Shown here: one piece after another, positions 63,689 to 64,000 of the stretch | Layout: each line of letters starts with the position of its first letter | How positions within the stretch are numbered: the first letter of the stretch is position 1 | From: Squalus acanthias | Lineage: Eukaryota | Reading direction: 5' to 3' | Length of the DNA: 64,000 nt | NCBI GenBank assembly: GCA_030390025.1 | Contig: CM059432.1 | Coordinates: forward strand, 95,606,001-95,670,000 | The notes under the pieces: generated by a model | Databases searched by the model: none | Seen by the model: only the letters and a program-made list of their open reading frames with translations | What the model was told of the DNA's origin: nothing | Position numbers and translations under genes: made by a program

Positions 63689-64000
63689 TAGTGAGAGGGA
63701 GGTAGAGGAACAAATCTGCAGGGAAATCGCAGAGATATGCAAGAGCTATAGAGTGGTGATATTGGGGGACTTTAATTACCCAAATATCGATTGGGATAAT
63801 GCTAGGGTCAAGGGAAAGGAGGGGGGAGGAATTTCTGAAATGTGTTCAGGAGAATTTCCTTGACCAGTATGTTCTTGGCCCAACTAGGAAGGAGGCATTG
63901 CTGGATCTGGTGCTGGGGAATGAGGTGGGCCAGGTCGACCAAGTGTCTGTGGGAGAACACTTGGGTACGAGTGATCATTGTATCATAAGATTTAGATTAG

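Larger units (their letters stand above)
60730..64000 (+). mobile_element. 5' part of a long CR1 LINE (putative 5' UTR, ORF1, ORF2 endonuclease), running off the window
   Basis: GC-richer leader, ORF1 remnants, and ORF2 APE motifs YVNAQSVVNK, ITETWL, GVFYRPPN, ILGDFNYP, LDLVL and SDH. Confidence 0.85.

Overview
This is vertebrate genomic DNA, most likely from a shark or other elasmobranch, judging from HE1-like and SacSINE1/DeuSINE-like SINEs and the CR1/L2/Penelope repertoire. The only host gene I can support is the 5' part of RBBP8 (CtIP) on the + strand: a first coding exon (CDS 40633-40753) and a 43-nt second coding exon (58080-58122), separated by a 17.3-kb intron, plus a tentative promoter near 36.65-36.8 kb. 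The rest is transposon-rich. It includes (i) a complete but inactivated 4.16-kb PIF/Harbinger transposon (10218-14381) with a transposase and a convergent three-exon Myb/SANT partner gene, a second older Harbinger remnant, and several Harbinger-type MITEs; (ii) Penelope-like element pieces carrying minimal hammerhead ribozyme motifs, including a TSD-flanked near-perfect 160-bp hairpin module; (iii) many CR1, L2 and RTE LINE fragments, often nested; and (iv) hAT and Tc1/mariner (Tigger-like) MITEs. Most short ORFs in the supplied track are repeat-derived or spurious. All family assignments were made by eye from recalled motifs; no database searches were run, and boundaries of old repeats are approximate.
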